Shown: piece after piece, positions 14,143 through 28,244 of the stretch
Layout: each line of letters opens with the position of its first letter
Position numbering within the stretch: position 1 is the first letter of the stretch
Assembly: GCA_951406725.2 (NCBI GenBank)
Contig: OX597821.1
Span: 68,014,001-68,078,000, forward strand
Length of the DNA: 64,000 bases
DNA from: Octopus vulgaris
Lineage: Eukaryota
Direction of reading: 5' to 3'
Position numbers and translations under genes: made by a program
The notes under the pieces: model-generated
The model's input: only the letters and a program-made list of their open reading frames with translations
What the model was told of the DNA's origin: nothing
Database searches by the model: none

Positions 14143-14581
14143 ATGTTAAAATGAAAAGTTGATAACATTTTGAAACTCATAACTAATTGAAAAATAATAA
14201 AACAGCACAAAATAAGAAAAAAACAATGATGTTAGGCATTGAAGTGCGAACGTTAAATGCATTCGTCTATGTGTGTACATAAACGGACACACATACAAGC
14301 GTGAGTGAAGACAAAACTCGAGGGCGAAAGACAAAAGGAGGACATGTAGAAGGACAGTAAAAAAAAAGCAGAGCAAAAAAGAAAAAGAAAGAGAGAGAGA
14401 AAGAGAGAAAAAGAAGGAAAAAGGAAAGGGAAAGAACGAATAAAACATACAATGAAGGAAAGGTCTTCAGAAATTAAACAAAAGACAAAATACTGAAAAG
14501 AGAAAATTTATCAACTTCAAGGTAATGCGGACAACCGGAAGCTAGCCCAAAGGCTGACAAGGAAATAGCCTTATAAATTAT

Positions 14582-14582
<1 letters not shown>

Positions 14583-14634
<52 letters not shown>

Positions 14635-15057
14635 GGTTTTAATAGTAGTAGTATTAGAAGTAGTAGTATTAGCGGTGGTGGTGAAGGTAGTAGTTAGTCG
14701 TAGTAGTAGCAGCGACCGTGTACTAAGTGGTGGTGGAAGTGGTGATGGTACTGGCGCTGGTGCTGATGTGGGGGGTGTCTAGTGATGCTGGTGGTGGCGA
14801 TGGTGGTGGTGGTGGTAATTATTGTCATGGTGCCCCTGTAGTGAAGGTTTGAGTGGTGGTGGTAGTTGTAGTGTTCGGATCGTATGCTGTTGGGCTATTT
14901 GCAGAGGCAGCAGCAGTAGTAATAGTAGTAGTAGTAGTAGTTGTTGTAGTAGTAGTCGTAGTAGTAGTAGTAATATTGGCAGCAGCAGCAGTAGCGGCAT
15001 TAGTAGTAGTAGTTGTAGTAGCAGTAGCAGCAGTAGTAGTAGTAGTACTAGTAGTAC

Positions 15058-15122
<65 letters not shown>

Positions 15123-15256
15123 TTGGCAGCAGCAGCAGTAGCGGCATTAGTAGTAGTAGTAGTAGTAGTTGTAGAATTGGCAGCAGCAGCAGCAGCAGTA
15201 GTAGCAGCGGCTGTAGTAGTAGTGGTGGTGATGGTGGTGGTGGTGGTGGTGGTGGC
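14583..15256. repeat. Compound (AGT/GGT/AGC)n trinucleotide tract
   Basis: Triplet repeats with an internally duplicated tattggcagcagcagcagtagcggcatt block. Confidence 0.92.
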
Positions 15257-15914
15257 ATTAGGGCTGTTGCTTTAATGCCTATGAGTCACTGTAGCTTAGC
15301 TCAATCTTGATCCAGTAAACATACAATCACTGGCAATCCAGCCTTGACCATCTCCTGTTTTGATTTAGTATTAACTTGGTAGGCATGACTTAAAGGAGGT
15401 TTTGATGGTATTTCTCGCTAATCGCTTATCGAACGTACAAGACAACGTTATAAGCTCTCTCTCTCAAAAGCTCGTGTTCTGGGAGTTTTAAGATTATAGG
15501 ACTAGTGATGGTGATGAGGGTTAAAGTGAGTTCCACCGGCGTGCAAGCGGTGTGGTGTTAACTATGACAGATATTTTGAAGTTGCAATGTCTCCTTTGTG
15601 TTGTAGTATTTGTTGTGGTTGTGGTAAGTCTTAGTTGTAGTTGGGTGGTAGTGTTTTCACGGGAATGAAAGGCTACAGACCGATAAGCAGTCAAGTCAGG
15701 CACACACACACACACGCATACACACACACACACACACAAACACACACTGATACGCATTCACATGCACACGCTAGCGCGCATGCACACAGGCACATGAGCA
15801 TGCAAACACACATATATGCACGCACGCGCGAACACACCCACATACATACATACATGGAGTTAAGTATATGCATAGACTTCAATTTGCGTCTAGGAAACAG
15901 TGCGAGAGAGAGAG

Positions 15915-17120
<1,206 letters not shown>

Positions 17121-17743
17121 TTGTGTGAGTGTGTTAGCTTGGCAATTCATGAAGGGGTTGGTTATAAGAGACTTTCAACTGTGCGGTTCTGTTACCATAT
17201 CAAGGCGAGGGCGGCGAGCGGAGGTGGGCCTTGGAGATGATGGTGCCATGAAATAATCAATATGGTGGTGAGTCATAGCAACAAGTTTGGATCTATTGGT
17301 AGACAATGGGGACGAGAGGTAGGCAGAGGAGACAGAGCAGGAAGAGGTGGTGGAGTAGGAGGTAGCATAAAAGGAAGAGGATGTAACTGAATTAGACTAT
17401 AAATCATTGCATACATTGAAGGCTCTTCCGTAAATCAATTATCCAGAAAGGGCTGAGAAGGGAGGAGAGTCGTTAATCCAAGAGTTGAGTGGAGAACTGG
17501 AAAGTGTCAGTGGACAGAGAGAAAGAGAGAGTGGAAGAAGGATGAGATCAGGTTACTACCGAAGAGGGTGTAAACATCCGACCAATACCACTCACACCAT
17601 CATCTCTATTACAAGTACCACTGATGGTAGCGTAGAATATCTCACTGTCGAACGTAACTCAACAACAACGAACAAACGCTAAGACTAACAACACAAGCAA
17701 CTACTATCATATTGATGTATTTCGGGACGGTCATTTTTTTTAA

Positions 17744-17931
17744 TGTCAAATAAACACACGCACTATATTTTTTGTCTTCACTCGTTTATTGCTGTTCTTA
17801 TTCTATTTTAACTCATGTCCATTGTCTGGAAATCTTTCGTCACGCACCTGTGACCTCTTCAGCAACAGTTTTCGATTTCGTGTGCGTTAAACGAGTGAAG
17901 AAAAATATATAGTACGTGTGTTTATTTGGCA
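17744..17931 (-). mobile_element. Inverted-repeat element enclosing a hammerhead-like motif
   Basis: Imperfect IRs of about 45 bp (17744-17788 and 17888-17931); minus strand 17823-17867 reads tgttg-CTGAAGA-g-gtcac-aggtgc-gtgac-GAAA-gatttc-cagaca. Confidence 0.6.
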
Positions 17932-17950
17932 AAAAAAGAAAAAATTACAA

Positions 17951-18320
17951 TAGGCGTAGGAGTGGCTGTGTGGTTCCGGGTTCAGACCCACTACGTGGCG
18001 CCTTGGGCAAGTGTTTTCTACTATAGCCTCGGGCCGATTAAAACCTTGTGGGTGGATTTGGTAGACGGAAACCGAAATAAGCCCGTCGTATATATGTATA
18101 TATATGTATGTGTGTGTATACGTTTGTGTGTCTGTGTTTGTCCCTCCAACACTGCTTGACAACCGATGCTGGTGTGTTTACGTCCCCGTAACTTAGCGGT
18201 TCGGCAAAAGAGACCGATAGAATAAGTACTAGGCTTACAAAGAATAAGTCCTGGGGTCGACTTGCTCGGCTAAAGGCTGTGCTCCAGTAGGGCCACAGTC
18301 AAATGACTGAAACAAGTAAA
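17951..18320 (+). mobile_element. SINE family A with a head deletion
   Basis: Matches consensus except for a deletion between gtgtgg and ttccgggttc. Confidence 0.9.
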
Positions 18321-18813
18321 ACAAATCCCAAAATACAACAATATCTGTTTCAATACACGATTTCACATCAGGAATCTTGCAAAGCGAATTCATAAACCTA
18401 ACGATTATTATCATTTCTACCAAAAATACTTTCAGCGATGCCATCAACACCACCATGGACATTATCAACGAGAGGGCCTCAAATTAAGGAGAGGACCCCT
18501 TGCTGATCAACGATCTGCTAGAAGTACTAGCAATAATATCACATTTCCCGAACCAATGATATAGTTTTTAAATGGTTGCCCAATCAGCTAGAAATGGTAG
18601 TCAAATTTCCCTTAAATCACACCCTAATATTTTCAGAAAATAAATCACGTTGCCGTCTTGTGTTCAGTTTATACGGTGGAACAAAGTAAGACACCATGGT
18701 AAAAACCTGAACATCAATATGTTCGATGAGATTTATGTTCCAGGTATTCATAGCTAAACAACAAGAACGCAAACAATAGATGCACAACCAGTACTACTAG
18801 CTCTACCAATACT

Positions 18814-18848
<35 letters not shown>

Positions 18849-18850
<2 letters not shown>

Positions 18851-19216
18851 ACTCCGTTGGTTAAGACGACGAAGTTCCAGTTGATCTGATCAACGGAACA
18901 GCTTGCTAGTGAAATTAACGTGCAAGTGGCTGAGCACTCCACAGACACGTGTAGCCTCAACGTAGTCCTCGGGGAGATTCAGCGTGACACAGAGTGTGAC
19001 AATGCTGGCCCTTTGAAATACAGGTTCAACAGAAACAGGCAGAAAGAGTGAGAGAAAGTTGTGGCGAAAGAGTACAGCAAGGTTCACCACCACCCCCTGC
19101 CGGAGCCTCATGGAACTTTGGGTGTTTTCGCTCAATAAACACTCAGAACGCCTGGTCTGGGAATCGAAACTGCGATCCTAAGACAACGAGTCCGCTGCCC
19201 TAACCACTGCGCCTCC
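18849..19216 (-). mobile_element. SINE family C (tRNA-Arg-like head)
   Basis: Reverse complement of 48953-49327. Confidence 0.9.
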
Positions 19217-19775
19217 GCTCCACTACTACTAGCAATCCCTCAACTATCAACATCACCACTAAAGCACAACATTACTGTTTAAAACCATCGTTATAAGTTT
19301 CACCAATATGAGAAACTATCCCTATCAACATTACAAGCAACAGCTCTATCAAAAACATGAGATAAACTATCATCCATACCAACATTTGCAGCATCAACAC
19401 TTTCTCTACTAACTATAAAGCTTCTACATGATCGCTCGACCAGCTCGATATAGCAGCCAAAGCATATCTGACGGTCTTAGAAGAAGACATAAATGAATGA
19501 TGTTGTACTAGAGAATAGCACTGGCTGAAAATGGTTGGGTGTTGACGGTTGGAACACTTTTGATCATTAACCATTCTCAACTAACATCAATTATATATCA
19601 CACACATCAAACAACATATTCAGACAGAACTCAAATTACTGATGCGTTAACAGTGTTGTCTTAAATCTACTGAAGTATTCTGTATTACAGAATACATCTA
19701 TAGATTTTAGACAACACTTTATTTATAGACAAATTTAAATAATATTTTGAGTGCGTGCGTATGTGTATGTATTCA

Positions 19776-19812
<37 letters not shown>

Positions 19813-21044
19813 TCACATATGTATATATATATATATATATATGAATTCAGACGTATAAATATATATATAGAAATGTGTGTGACTACATACACACACACGC
19901 ACACATATACTCATACATATGTATGTATGTATGCATGCATGTATGTATAAATGTTGCTTTTTTAACGGTGGAACTCAAAGTGAAGTTATAGATAAAAGCG
20001 TACAAACATTGAGTTATCCCCCACCATCACGTGGGATGGGGAAAATGTAAGGTTTCTCGTGGAATATCTGTTGTGTTTACAAATGTGGGATCGAGTCCCA
20101 GGGCCTTCGATAATTCTTATCCAGAGATTTTTTAAACCCAGTATTTACACGCTATTATTTATAACATTATTGACTTCAAGTTTCACTGTTGAAAGCACTT
20201 TTCCTTGGCTTATTTATCGGTTTATTACGTAATAAATTATTGCAAGGATCTAAGTATCTAAGAAGTGGAACGTATAATTTCCTTAAGTCTCATGACTGCA
20301 GCAGACAAAATAGAAGAGTTGTTGCCCCAGTGGATGGCGAGGGCATTTTCTAACTTCTTGGGATTAAAATAATATATATGCGTATATTTATGTATAATTT
20401 CGTGGAGAGAAAAAAGACAGATTTTAGTCTTGTGCTGAGATTTCGTTAATAACGAAGCATACTTTTTAACTACCCACGGATAGAGACCCTGCCTCAAAGC
20501 CATTATCGCTCACGGCTTCAATAAATTGGGCAGTCCACTTGACGCATATTAAAGCGAGTATTTTTAACAAATAGTCCGATTAAGAAATTACTGATGCGTT
20601 GACTATGTTTTATACATTGATTTTTTAATGATATATTTTACTATACCAGAATATGTCTATAAATTTTAGTCAACATTGTATATAATAAATACGTATAAAA
20701 TTTTATTCACAATCTCATTGTATACATGTAAATCGAAGTATCCGTTTTACTTTAGACCTTATTGAGAGTGTTTATGAGAAATGCTTCAGTAAACAATTAA
20801 AGAATTTACTCGACCGATGATGAAAACTCCACATAGAATTAAAATTGATCTGATTGATTACTCTTTATATCGACATATATTCTGTAGAATAGTATAGCCT
20901 CAAATTGAACCCCTCCAGAGTTCCAATTTATGCTATTCATTATGACTTCAGAAAATATTAATTAAACGATGTTTCATTGTCATGTAGATAGTAGAGATCT
21001 CAAGACGTAGGCATGGCCGAGTGGTGGACAGGTTTGTTTTGTAA

Positions 21045-21463
21045 TCTTATTTCTTTATTGCCCACAAGGGGTTAAACATAGAGGGAACAAACAAGGACAA
21101 ACAAACGGATTAAGTCGATTATATCGACCCCAGAACGTAACTGGTACTTAATTTATCGACCCCGAAAGGATGAAAGGCAAAGTTGACTTCAGTGGAATTT
21201 GAACTCAGAACGTAACGGCAGATGAAATATTTATTTCTTTACTACCCACAAGGGGCTAAACACCGAGGGGACAAACAAGGACAGACAAACGGATTAAGTC
21301 GATTACATCGACCCCAGAGCGTAAATGGTACTTAATTTATCGACCCTGAAAGGATGAAAGGCAAAGTCGACCTCGCCGGAATTTGAACTCAGAACGTAAC
21401 GGCAGACGAAATACCGCTAAGCATTTCACCCGGCGTGCTAACGTTTCTGCCAGCTCGCCGCCT
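21045..21463 (-). mobile_element. SINE family B dimer, inserted in an old family A head
   Basis: Two head-to-tail cores and one head; family A-like sequence on both sides (21005-21044, 21465-21590). Confidence 0.88.
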
Positions 21464-21914
21464 TATCGTGTGGTTTTGAGTTAGTCTTACTCCATGCCAT
21501 CTCGGACAAGTATCTTTAATTATAACGTTCATTCTATCCTAGTCTTATAGGAGAAATTGTCTAGAAAGAAACTGAATGGAAGCCCGGTGATTAACGTGCA
21601 TTAATATGCTCATCGTTGAAGCTGACGGAGAATCGGCCATCAAAAATTTCTCTCTTTGGTTTGCACAAAGCAACAAAGGATGGAGAAGAGAATAGATGAT
21701 TATATAAACCACCAGAACTTAACAAATAACAAATACATATCTTGGTGATGTTTTAATAGAAACAAGTAAATAATCTCACCCATTTATTTTGTGAGTTTTT
21801 CTATTACGCCATCTGCAGGTACGGTGAAGTAAATGTTTCTCTAATGAGGTCGTAAAAAGACCAAAAATTGCCTTGTTTTCTAAAATAATTAAAATACCCA
21901 TTGGTTAATATTAC

Positions 21915-22142
21915 TTTTTTACTCTCTCTTTTACTTGTTTCAGTCATTTTTGACTGTGGCCATACTGGAGCACCGCCTTTAGTCGAGCAAATCGATCCCA
22001 GGACTTATTCTTTGTAAGCCTAGTACTTTTTCTATCGGTCTGTTTTGCCGAGCCGCTAAGTTACGGGGACGTAAACACACCAGCATCGGTTGTCAAGCGG
22101 TGTTAGGGGGACAAACAGACACACAAACATATACACACATAC

Positions 22143-22217
<75 letters not shown>

Positions 22218-22562
22218 AGAGTTTACGAAAAAAATACAAAAGACGAAGACAAGTGTTGGACAAAACAAACAGATGTATTAGTATAACGCTTTTACGTTTC
22301 GAGCCTACGCTCTTCTACAGAAAGGGACAAAGAAAACAAGGAGAGAAACAAGGAGAGAGAAAATGTGTGTAGTGGCTAACGATCTATCATGGCGTCTGTA
22401 TATATATATATTTGACGGGCTTCTTTGAGTTTCCGTCTACCAAATCCACTCACAAGCCTTTGGTCGGCCCGAGGCTATAGTAGAAGACACTTGCCCAAGG
22501 TGCCACGCAGTGGGTCTGAACCCGGAACCATGTGGTTAGTAAGCAAGCCACTCCTGCGTCTA
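21915..22562 (-). mobile_element. SINE family A with a Penelope-LTR-like insert (22214-22400)
   Basis: Family A tail and head are separated by a TA tract holding the hammerhead-like element. Confidence 0.9.
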
Positions 22563-22760
22563 TTTTGGTAAAATGCGAGTAATTTGGGGGAAGGAGGTAA
22601 GTCGATTACATCAACCCCAGTGCTCAAATAGTTCATATTTTATCGACCCGAAGGGATGAAATGCAAAGTCGACCTCGGCGGAATTTGAACTCAGAACGTA
22701 AAGTTGCACGAAATACCGCTAAGCAATTTGGCCGCCGCGCAAATGATTTTTCCAGCTCGT
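22563..22760 (-). mobile_element. SINE family B, diverged
   Basis: gcaaagtcgacctcggcggaatttgaactcagaacgt core. Confidence 0.82.
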
Positions 22761-22879
22761 CCATTGGTTGTTCTTTTGTTTGTTTTACGGTAAAATGCTT
22801 TCTAGTTACCTTTTTTGAAGCTTCCTATATTAATTATGCTAATACTAACCTCTTCTTCTTTCACTTGTAATGGTATCCA

Positions 22880-23272
22880 CCTGGGAGGGGTTAAGGCGAC
22901 TTCTTTTGAGTTCGATGTGAGTTCATAGGAGTTTGAAGGCATGATCAGAGCCTACAAAAACAGTTCCCGTATGTATCCGTAAGCTGTCCTACACGGTGGC
23001 AGGTCGTCTTCGTCTTACGCCTTCTCGCCGCAAGATGCCCACGGACGCGATCCAACGCCACGGGAAGCAGCCAGATTCCGGAACAGACGCCACCTGAAAT
23101 TCACCATTGACATCCAGTTAGGCGGGTTGCGGCCCTAGCATCGACGGTGTCAGATCTGTCCGCCTTGGGTAACACTACCAGGGAATCGAAGTCCCCGACG
23201 GCATAGCCCTGACACTCTCTCGTTTAACCTTCCCACCACGATGAGGTCAAGAGTCGGACTTTGAGGAAGGCG
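22880..23272 (-). mobile_element. RTE-clade LINE 5' UTR-like fragment
   Basis: Minus strand ctcatcgtggtgggaagg...gggctatgccgtcgggga...cctggtagtgttacccaaggcggacagatc resembles the RTE 5' end as I recall it. Confidence 0.55.
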
Positions 23273-23699
23273 TTAATACAAACGTCTAGCTATCAATCCA
23301 TTTTCACCACTCATTATTCCTGAGGGCGGGGTATTGTCATGGTCGGATTGAGTCCTCAGTCACCTCCTCCATTGAGTTCATTTACAAGCAACCGCCGATA
23401 CACTCCCCAGCTGGATCCTCAAATGTGTCTCTGGATATTATCTAACCATCTCGCTCGTAGTCTGTCTACCCCTACCAGTCTGTCTACCGTTTGATTCTAA
23501 CCACATGTTCGTACCACCTTGGCTATGACCTCTCAATTCGGCTCTCAATGCAGCTCAACCTGGAGACACTCCAGATCTCCGAGCTACATACCCTGCCGAG
23601 TAATGTCACACCTGAGATCCTTCCGAGCAATTTAAACCAATTTGATACTGAATAAACTAATTTTAGTTTTAGATGTGAATAGTGACTCTAAGTTATATA

Positions 23700-24264
23700 T
23701 TGTGTTGTCCGGAAAGTTCGTGCCGATTTTTTAAGGAAAGAAAAAGGTCAATAAATACTTGCCATTACATTTTTAATCAACCAAATATGAACCATTTTGT
23801 TGCACAATACGTCTCCATCTTTCCTTTACCTTGAAAATACCCTCTTCCCAGAATTGAGAGGGTTTCATGGCAAAGAATTTATCAAGGTATCTTTTTACGT
23901 AATTCAAGAAATTGAATTTTTTACCATTAAGACTATTCTGCAGAGACCTGAATAAGTGGAAATCCGAAGGAGCAATATATGGTGAATATGGAGTGTGGGT
24001 AACACATCCCAGCCGAGCTGCAGCAATTTTTGTCTGGTTCCCAAAGCATCAAGTGCCGAAAATGAACTTTATTATCCTTCATTTTAAAGGGTTACTAAAT
24101 TAACACAGGTTATAGGAACATAAACCTTCTTCCACGAAAAGATAGCTTAAACTGTGCTCTAAATGGAGGTGTAGTCAAATCCTATTTTTTGGGCTCAACC
24201 ATGTTCTTAAATAAGTCGAAAGGTAAGCTAGTATAAATCGGCACGAACTTTCCGGACAACCCAA
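23700..24264 (-). mobile_element. Internally deleted mariner transposon
   Basis: 30-bp TIRs ttg(t/g)gttgtccggaaagttcgtgccgattt with one mismatch, TA on both sides; minus strand encodes HTPYSPYIAPSDFHLFRSLQNSLNGKKF (YSPDLAPSD motif). Confidence 0.93.
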
Positions 24265-24855
24265 TACTTTATGAACAGAGTAAAAATTTGCTTGTAGCTA
24301 TGCATTAATTAAACTAACATCAAGACAGTAGTGAAATAAACCTAAATTGTTTTAATAAATAAAATTGAACAACAAGCAATCAGTTCATCTTTGAGACATG
24401 AGACATTAAAATAAACTAACCGATATTACTATAAACAATGTGAACACATACTAATCGATACAGCTTCGATAAATAACCCTTTCCTCAGACACATCTCTAC
24501 CACCACTATTCGATAAATAAACCCGCTTCCCCTCCACATTCACACACACCACTACCACCAACACTACCACCAGCGCCGTCACTACAATGTCTCCAAACCA
24601 TCTCCAAAACAACTAATCTATTTAACTCTGAGAAGTAAGGAAACACTAATCGATTCAGCTAAAGAATGAAGAACAAATACGCTAATCGATGTAACAAGAG
24701 CAAAACTAACTGAAGATGATAATATACAAAAAGAAAAAAAAAACTTCCTAGAAGAATTTAACTAAAGTATATATTCTGGAATTAAAATGTGTGTGTCGTG
24801 CGCGTGTCTATGTGAGAGAGTGTGCGTACATATGTGTGTGTGTGCGTACATATGT

Positions 24856-24904
<49 letters not shown>

Positions 24905-25372
24905 CGTGCGTGTGTGTGTGTGTGTGTGTGCGTGCTTCCTTGATCATACAGCCGGAAAGTCAATCATTTAACTAGTTTGTAGTTGAGTCGTACACATACT
25001 CTGCGTGTCTACTTATTATTGGAAGTCAATCTATATCGGCTCCTCTGTTAGGATAAATACATGTAGATAATTATGATGATGAAACGGTGGGGTGGAGGGA
25101 AGAGGGGACGTAGAGGACTAGGTAGGGGAGAACAAGTAGGAGAAGGAAAAAGAAGGGGATGAGGCGGTAGTAGAGGAAGAGAAGAATGACGACGACGAAG
25201 ACGATGATGGTGATGCCGGTGGTGCTGATGTTGCTGGTGGTAATGGATGAGGTGATAATAAAAGACCAGGAAACTGTAAAAAAGGAATAAAATCGTTATG
25301 TATTTGTGTAGTGTATGTATGTGCGTACACACACACACACATACATATATATATATGTGTGTGTGTGTGTGT

Positions 25373-25603
25373 GTTTGTGTATTAGGCTACCATTGGTTTT
25401 ATGTCAAGACAATATCTTAATGTCTTAACAATTTTTCAAGCCGATCACATGGAGGAAAGGTTTTCGTCTCCATTTTGGATAAAATGGTGTTTTTATCTAA
25501 AATGGTGACGAACACCTTTCCTCCATGTGATCGGGTTGAAAAAGTGTTTAGATATTAAGATTTTTTTCTAACATGAAACCAATGGCAGCCTTAGTACACA
25601 AAC
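25373..25603. repeat. Imperfect palindrome of about 230 bp (foldback/MITE-like)
   Basis: Arms of about 112 bp around 25485-25489, e.g. ccgatcacatggaggaaagg / cctttcctccatgtgatcgg. Confidence 0.88.
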
Positions 25604-25699
25604 AGATTTTATCCGCTAATGCAGTGTTGAGCGATCATTCTCATTGCTTGACCTTTACGTGTATATATATATATATATATAATAAAAACTTACTTGGAG

Positions 25700-26002
25700 A
25701 ATAAGAAAAAAGAAATCGACGCGAGGCGTTCAATCATATAATAACAATTTAATAAATAAAACATATGCATACATACATACATATATGTACATACCTACAT
25801 CTATATGTATATATACATGCATATATATATATATATGAGTGTAGGACACCACAAATAAATGTAGAACACAACGAGAAATGAAAACATAAAATCAAACAAG
25901 GAAACGGACTTTTTTTAACAACGAAAAAACAGAGTACAAGACAAACAATACAAGGAATATTCCCCTTCATCAGCTGCCCGTTTCGACTCAATGCGTGTTT
26001 CG

Positions 26003-26008
<6 letters not shown>
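25700..26008 (-). mobile_element. Unclassified dispersed repeat, homologous to 48490-48760
   Basis: Shared CCTTCGAAAC...CTGAWGAAGGGG block and a similar downstream T-rich body. Confidence 0.65.
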
Positions 26009-26071
<63 letters not shown>

Positions 26072-28244
26072 AGTGGCACTTTATGGAGAGACCTGACGTT
26101 TCTGTCAGGGGCCTCTGTCTAGGAATATTTGTGTTTGAGTTTGTGTATGGGCATGTATTTGAGTGTATGTAGAGTGGTGGGCGTATTCACTTTGGTAAAG
26201 TCCTAACAAAAACGTCAGCCTCTTCTCACCCTCGGTAATCCAAATTATTCCATTGTAGGAAGGTTTTGTATTGTTTGGAGAAAAATTCCTCAATTGTTTT
26301 CTTCAATTCTAGTCTTTCATAGACCTTAGAATTTGTTAAATGAGTCCGCTACCAACAAATGCTATCAAGTTTTATTGTTGTGATAGCTGTCGTATAGCTC
26401 TATCTCAGACCCGTTTGAGCAAATCTCTTATCAATCGTTCCAGACGTAACTATCACGTTTTTGCATGCTTCCACCAAAGATTGTGAAACATTATCCAATG
26501 TCCTTCCTTTTTTGATGCAGTAGAATATGATTTAAGAGATATTTGTTGTGGTTACATAACCCTACCGTTGAGCTAATCGAGCACAACTGTGATTAAAATA
26601 TTTCTAGTCATGACCATCACATATTTTAAACAAGACACAGTGTACCTAAGAATACATAATGTTGTGTTTCCTCCCAGTTTTATGACGACAGTAGGGTGTA
26701 ATTTGATGGAAAATTTCGATGTTAATTGTAGCGACTCTCGTTGTCTCTTTCGTCACTCGCAATATTCTCCACTGATAGCGATGGATCTTTGACAAGTTTA
26801 TTTTTCTGTAATGGATTTAAACTCCCTATCAACGCAATTTATCGTTTCCGTTTGTTTTAGAACTATTCACTTTGTTTCACTCGTTTCTTTTTTATTTAAA
26901 TATTTATTTCTTTAAAATTTTTTATATTATCGCTCCATTTTTTTCTTTCATTTCCCAACGCTCCACTTTTTTCTTTCATTACCCGTTCAATTTTTGTTTC
27001 ATTTCTTTTTTTTTTATTTGAGATAATATTTCGATTTTTCTTTAAAAGAATCGTAAACATAATTATCATAAACTACGTGTCGAAGAGAAATATTCATTAC
27101 TTCATTACTGTAATTGAAAATCTAATCCGTTCGCATCCACCACTTCTAGCCTGGCACTACATTTAACTTTATCGTCGAATTCTTAAGCCTAAATTTAATT
27201 TCAGCACAACACCTACCCGAACACCATTCCTACACCACACAATAACTCAAACCCCACAGCTCATCTACTCTAAATAAGTGACGTACATTTACAAAAATCG
27301 AAAGGAAAACATCATGATAGGCGAGTAATCGATATATTTACAAGAAAATTGAAGTAAACGATATAGTTTCTTGTTGAAAGGAAAACGAAAAACTAAGCCA
27401 CATTACAACAAGAATAAATAACAATCAGAATGGTATACGTATCAAAACATTACTTTCATTTTAACCCCCAACGTAAATCCCACAGCAATCAACTCGAAAC
27501 ATTGAAAGTAAATTTAGTAAAATCGAAAGAAAGCTCATGATTACGAAAATGATCGATATATTCCGAGGATTAAAATATTTCTGTTGCAAATGTCTGGATC
27601 AGACTTCCTGGCACTATATACACTCATGTCTTAGATGCAGATATTGAGCCATGGATGAATGGTCAGGATAAGCAGAACCGCGTCCATTTCATTTATCTGC
27701 ACGTCTGAACGGATATGCAAAGTTCATGAACACCGCAGCTGGTCTTTTGACTAAACTATAAAAGAAAAAAGGCATATACATTTGGTTTAGAGAGATTCAG
27801 GGTGGGAAGTGCTACATCAATCTCACATAACTTATTAAGGTCAGCAAAGGTCACGATCTAGGCTCTTGACTAATCTATTGAAAAAAAATACACCGTTTAA
27901 TCTACAATTACTCATAAAATGATGTCATGCCATAGTGCAAAAGAGGTTAAGGACATCAAGCTATCTAAAGGTACATCAGAAGAATGACTGAAACATCGAC
28001 ATTAAAGATCGTATCCACACCAATGTGAATGACTTATTTAGTCAAACATTTCGATCAACCAGCCTTATTGCAGTTATCTGTCTTGTTTGTTGCTTTTAAA
28101 TTTTAAAATCCTATAGGGAGTTTATTTCAAATCATTTGCTTTGCGTGAACAATTTCAGTTTATCGAAGAAGTTCAACTTACTGCATTATATATGTGAGAT
28201 TCTGATATATTTTGAGAATCATATACAGAACGCAGTCTAAAAGT

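Noticed and set aside
27245-27562. Diverged direct duplication with period near 230 bp
   Set aside because: Old local duplication; no functional signal seen.
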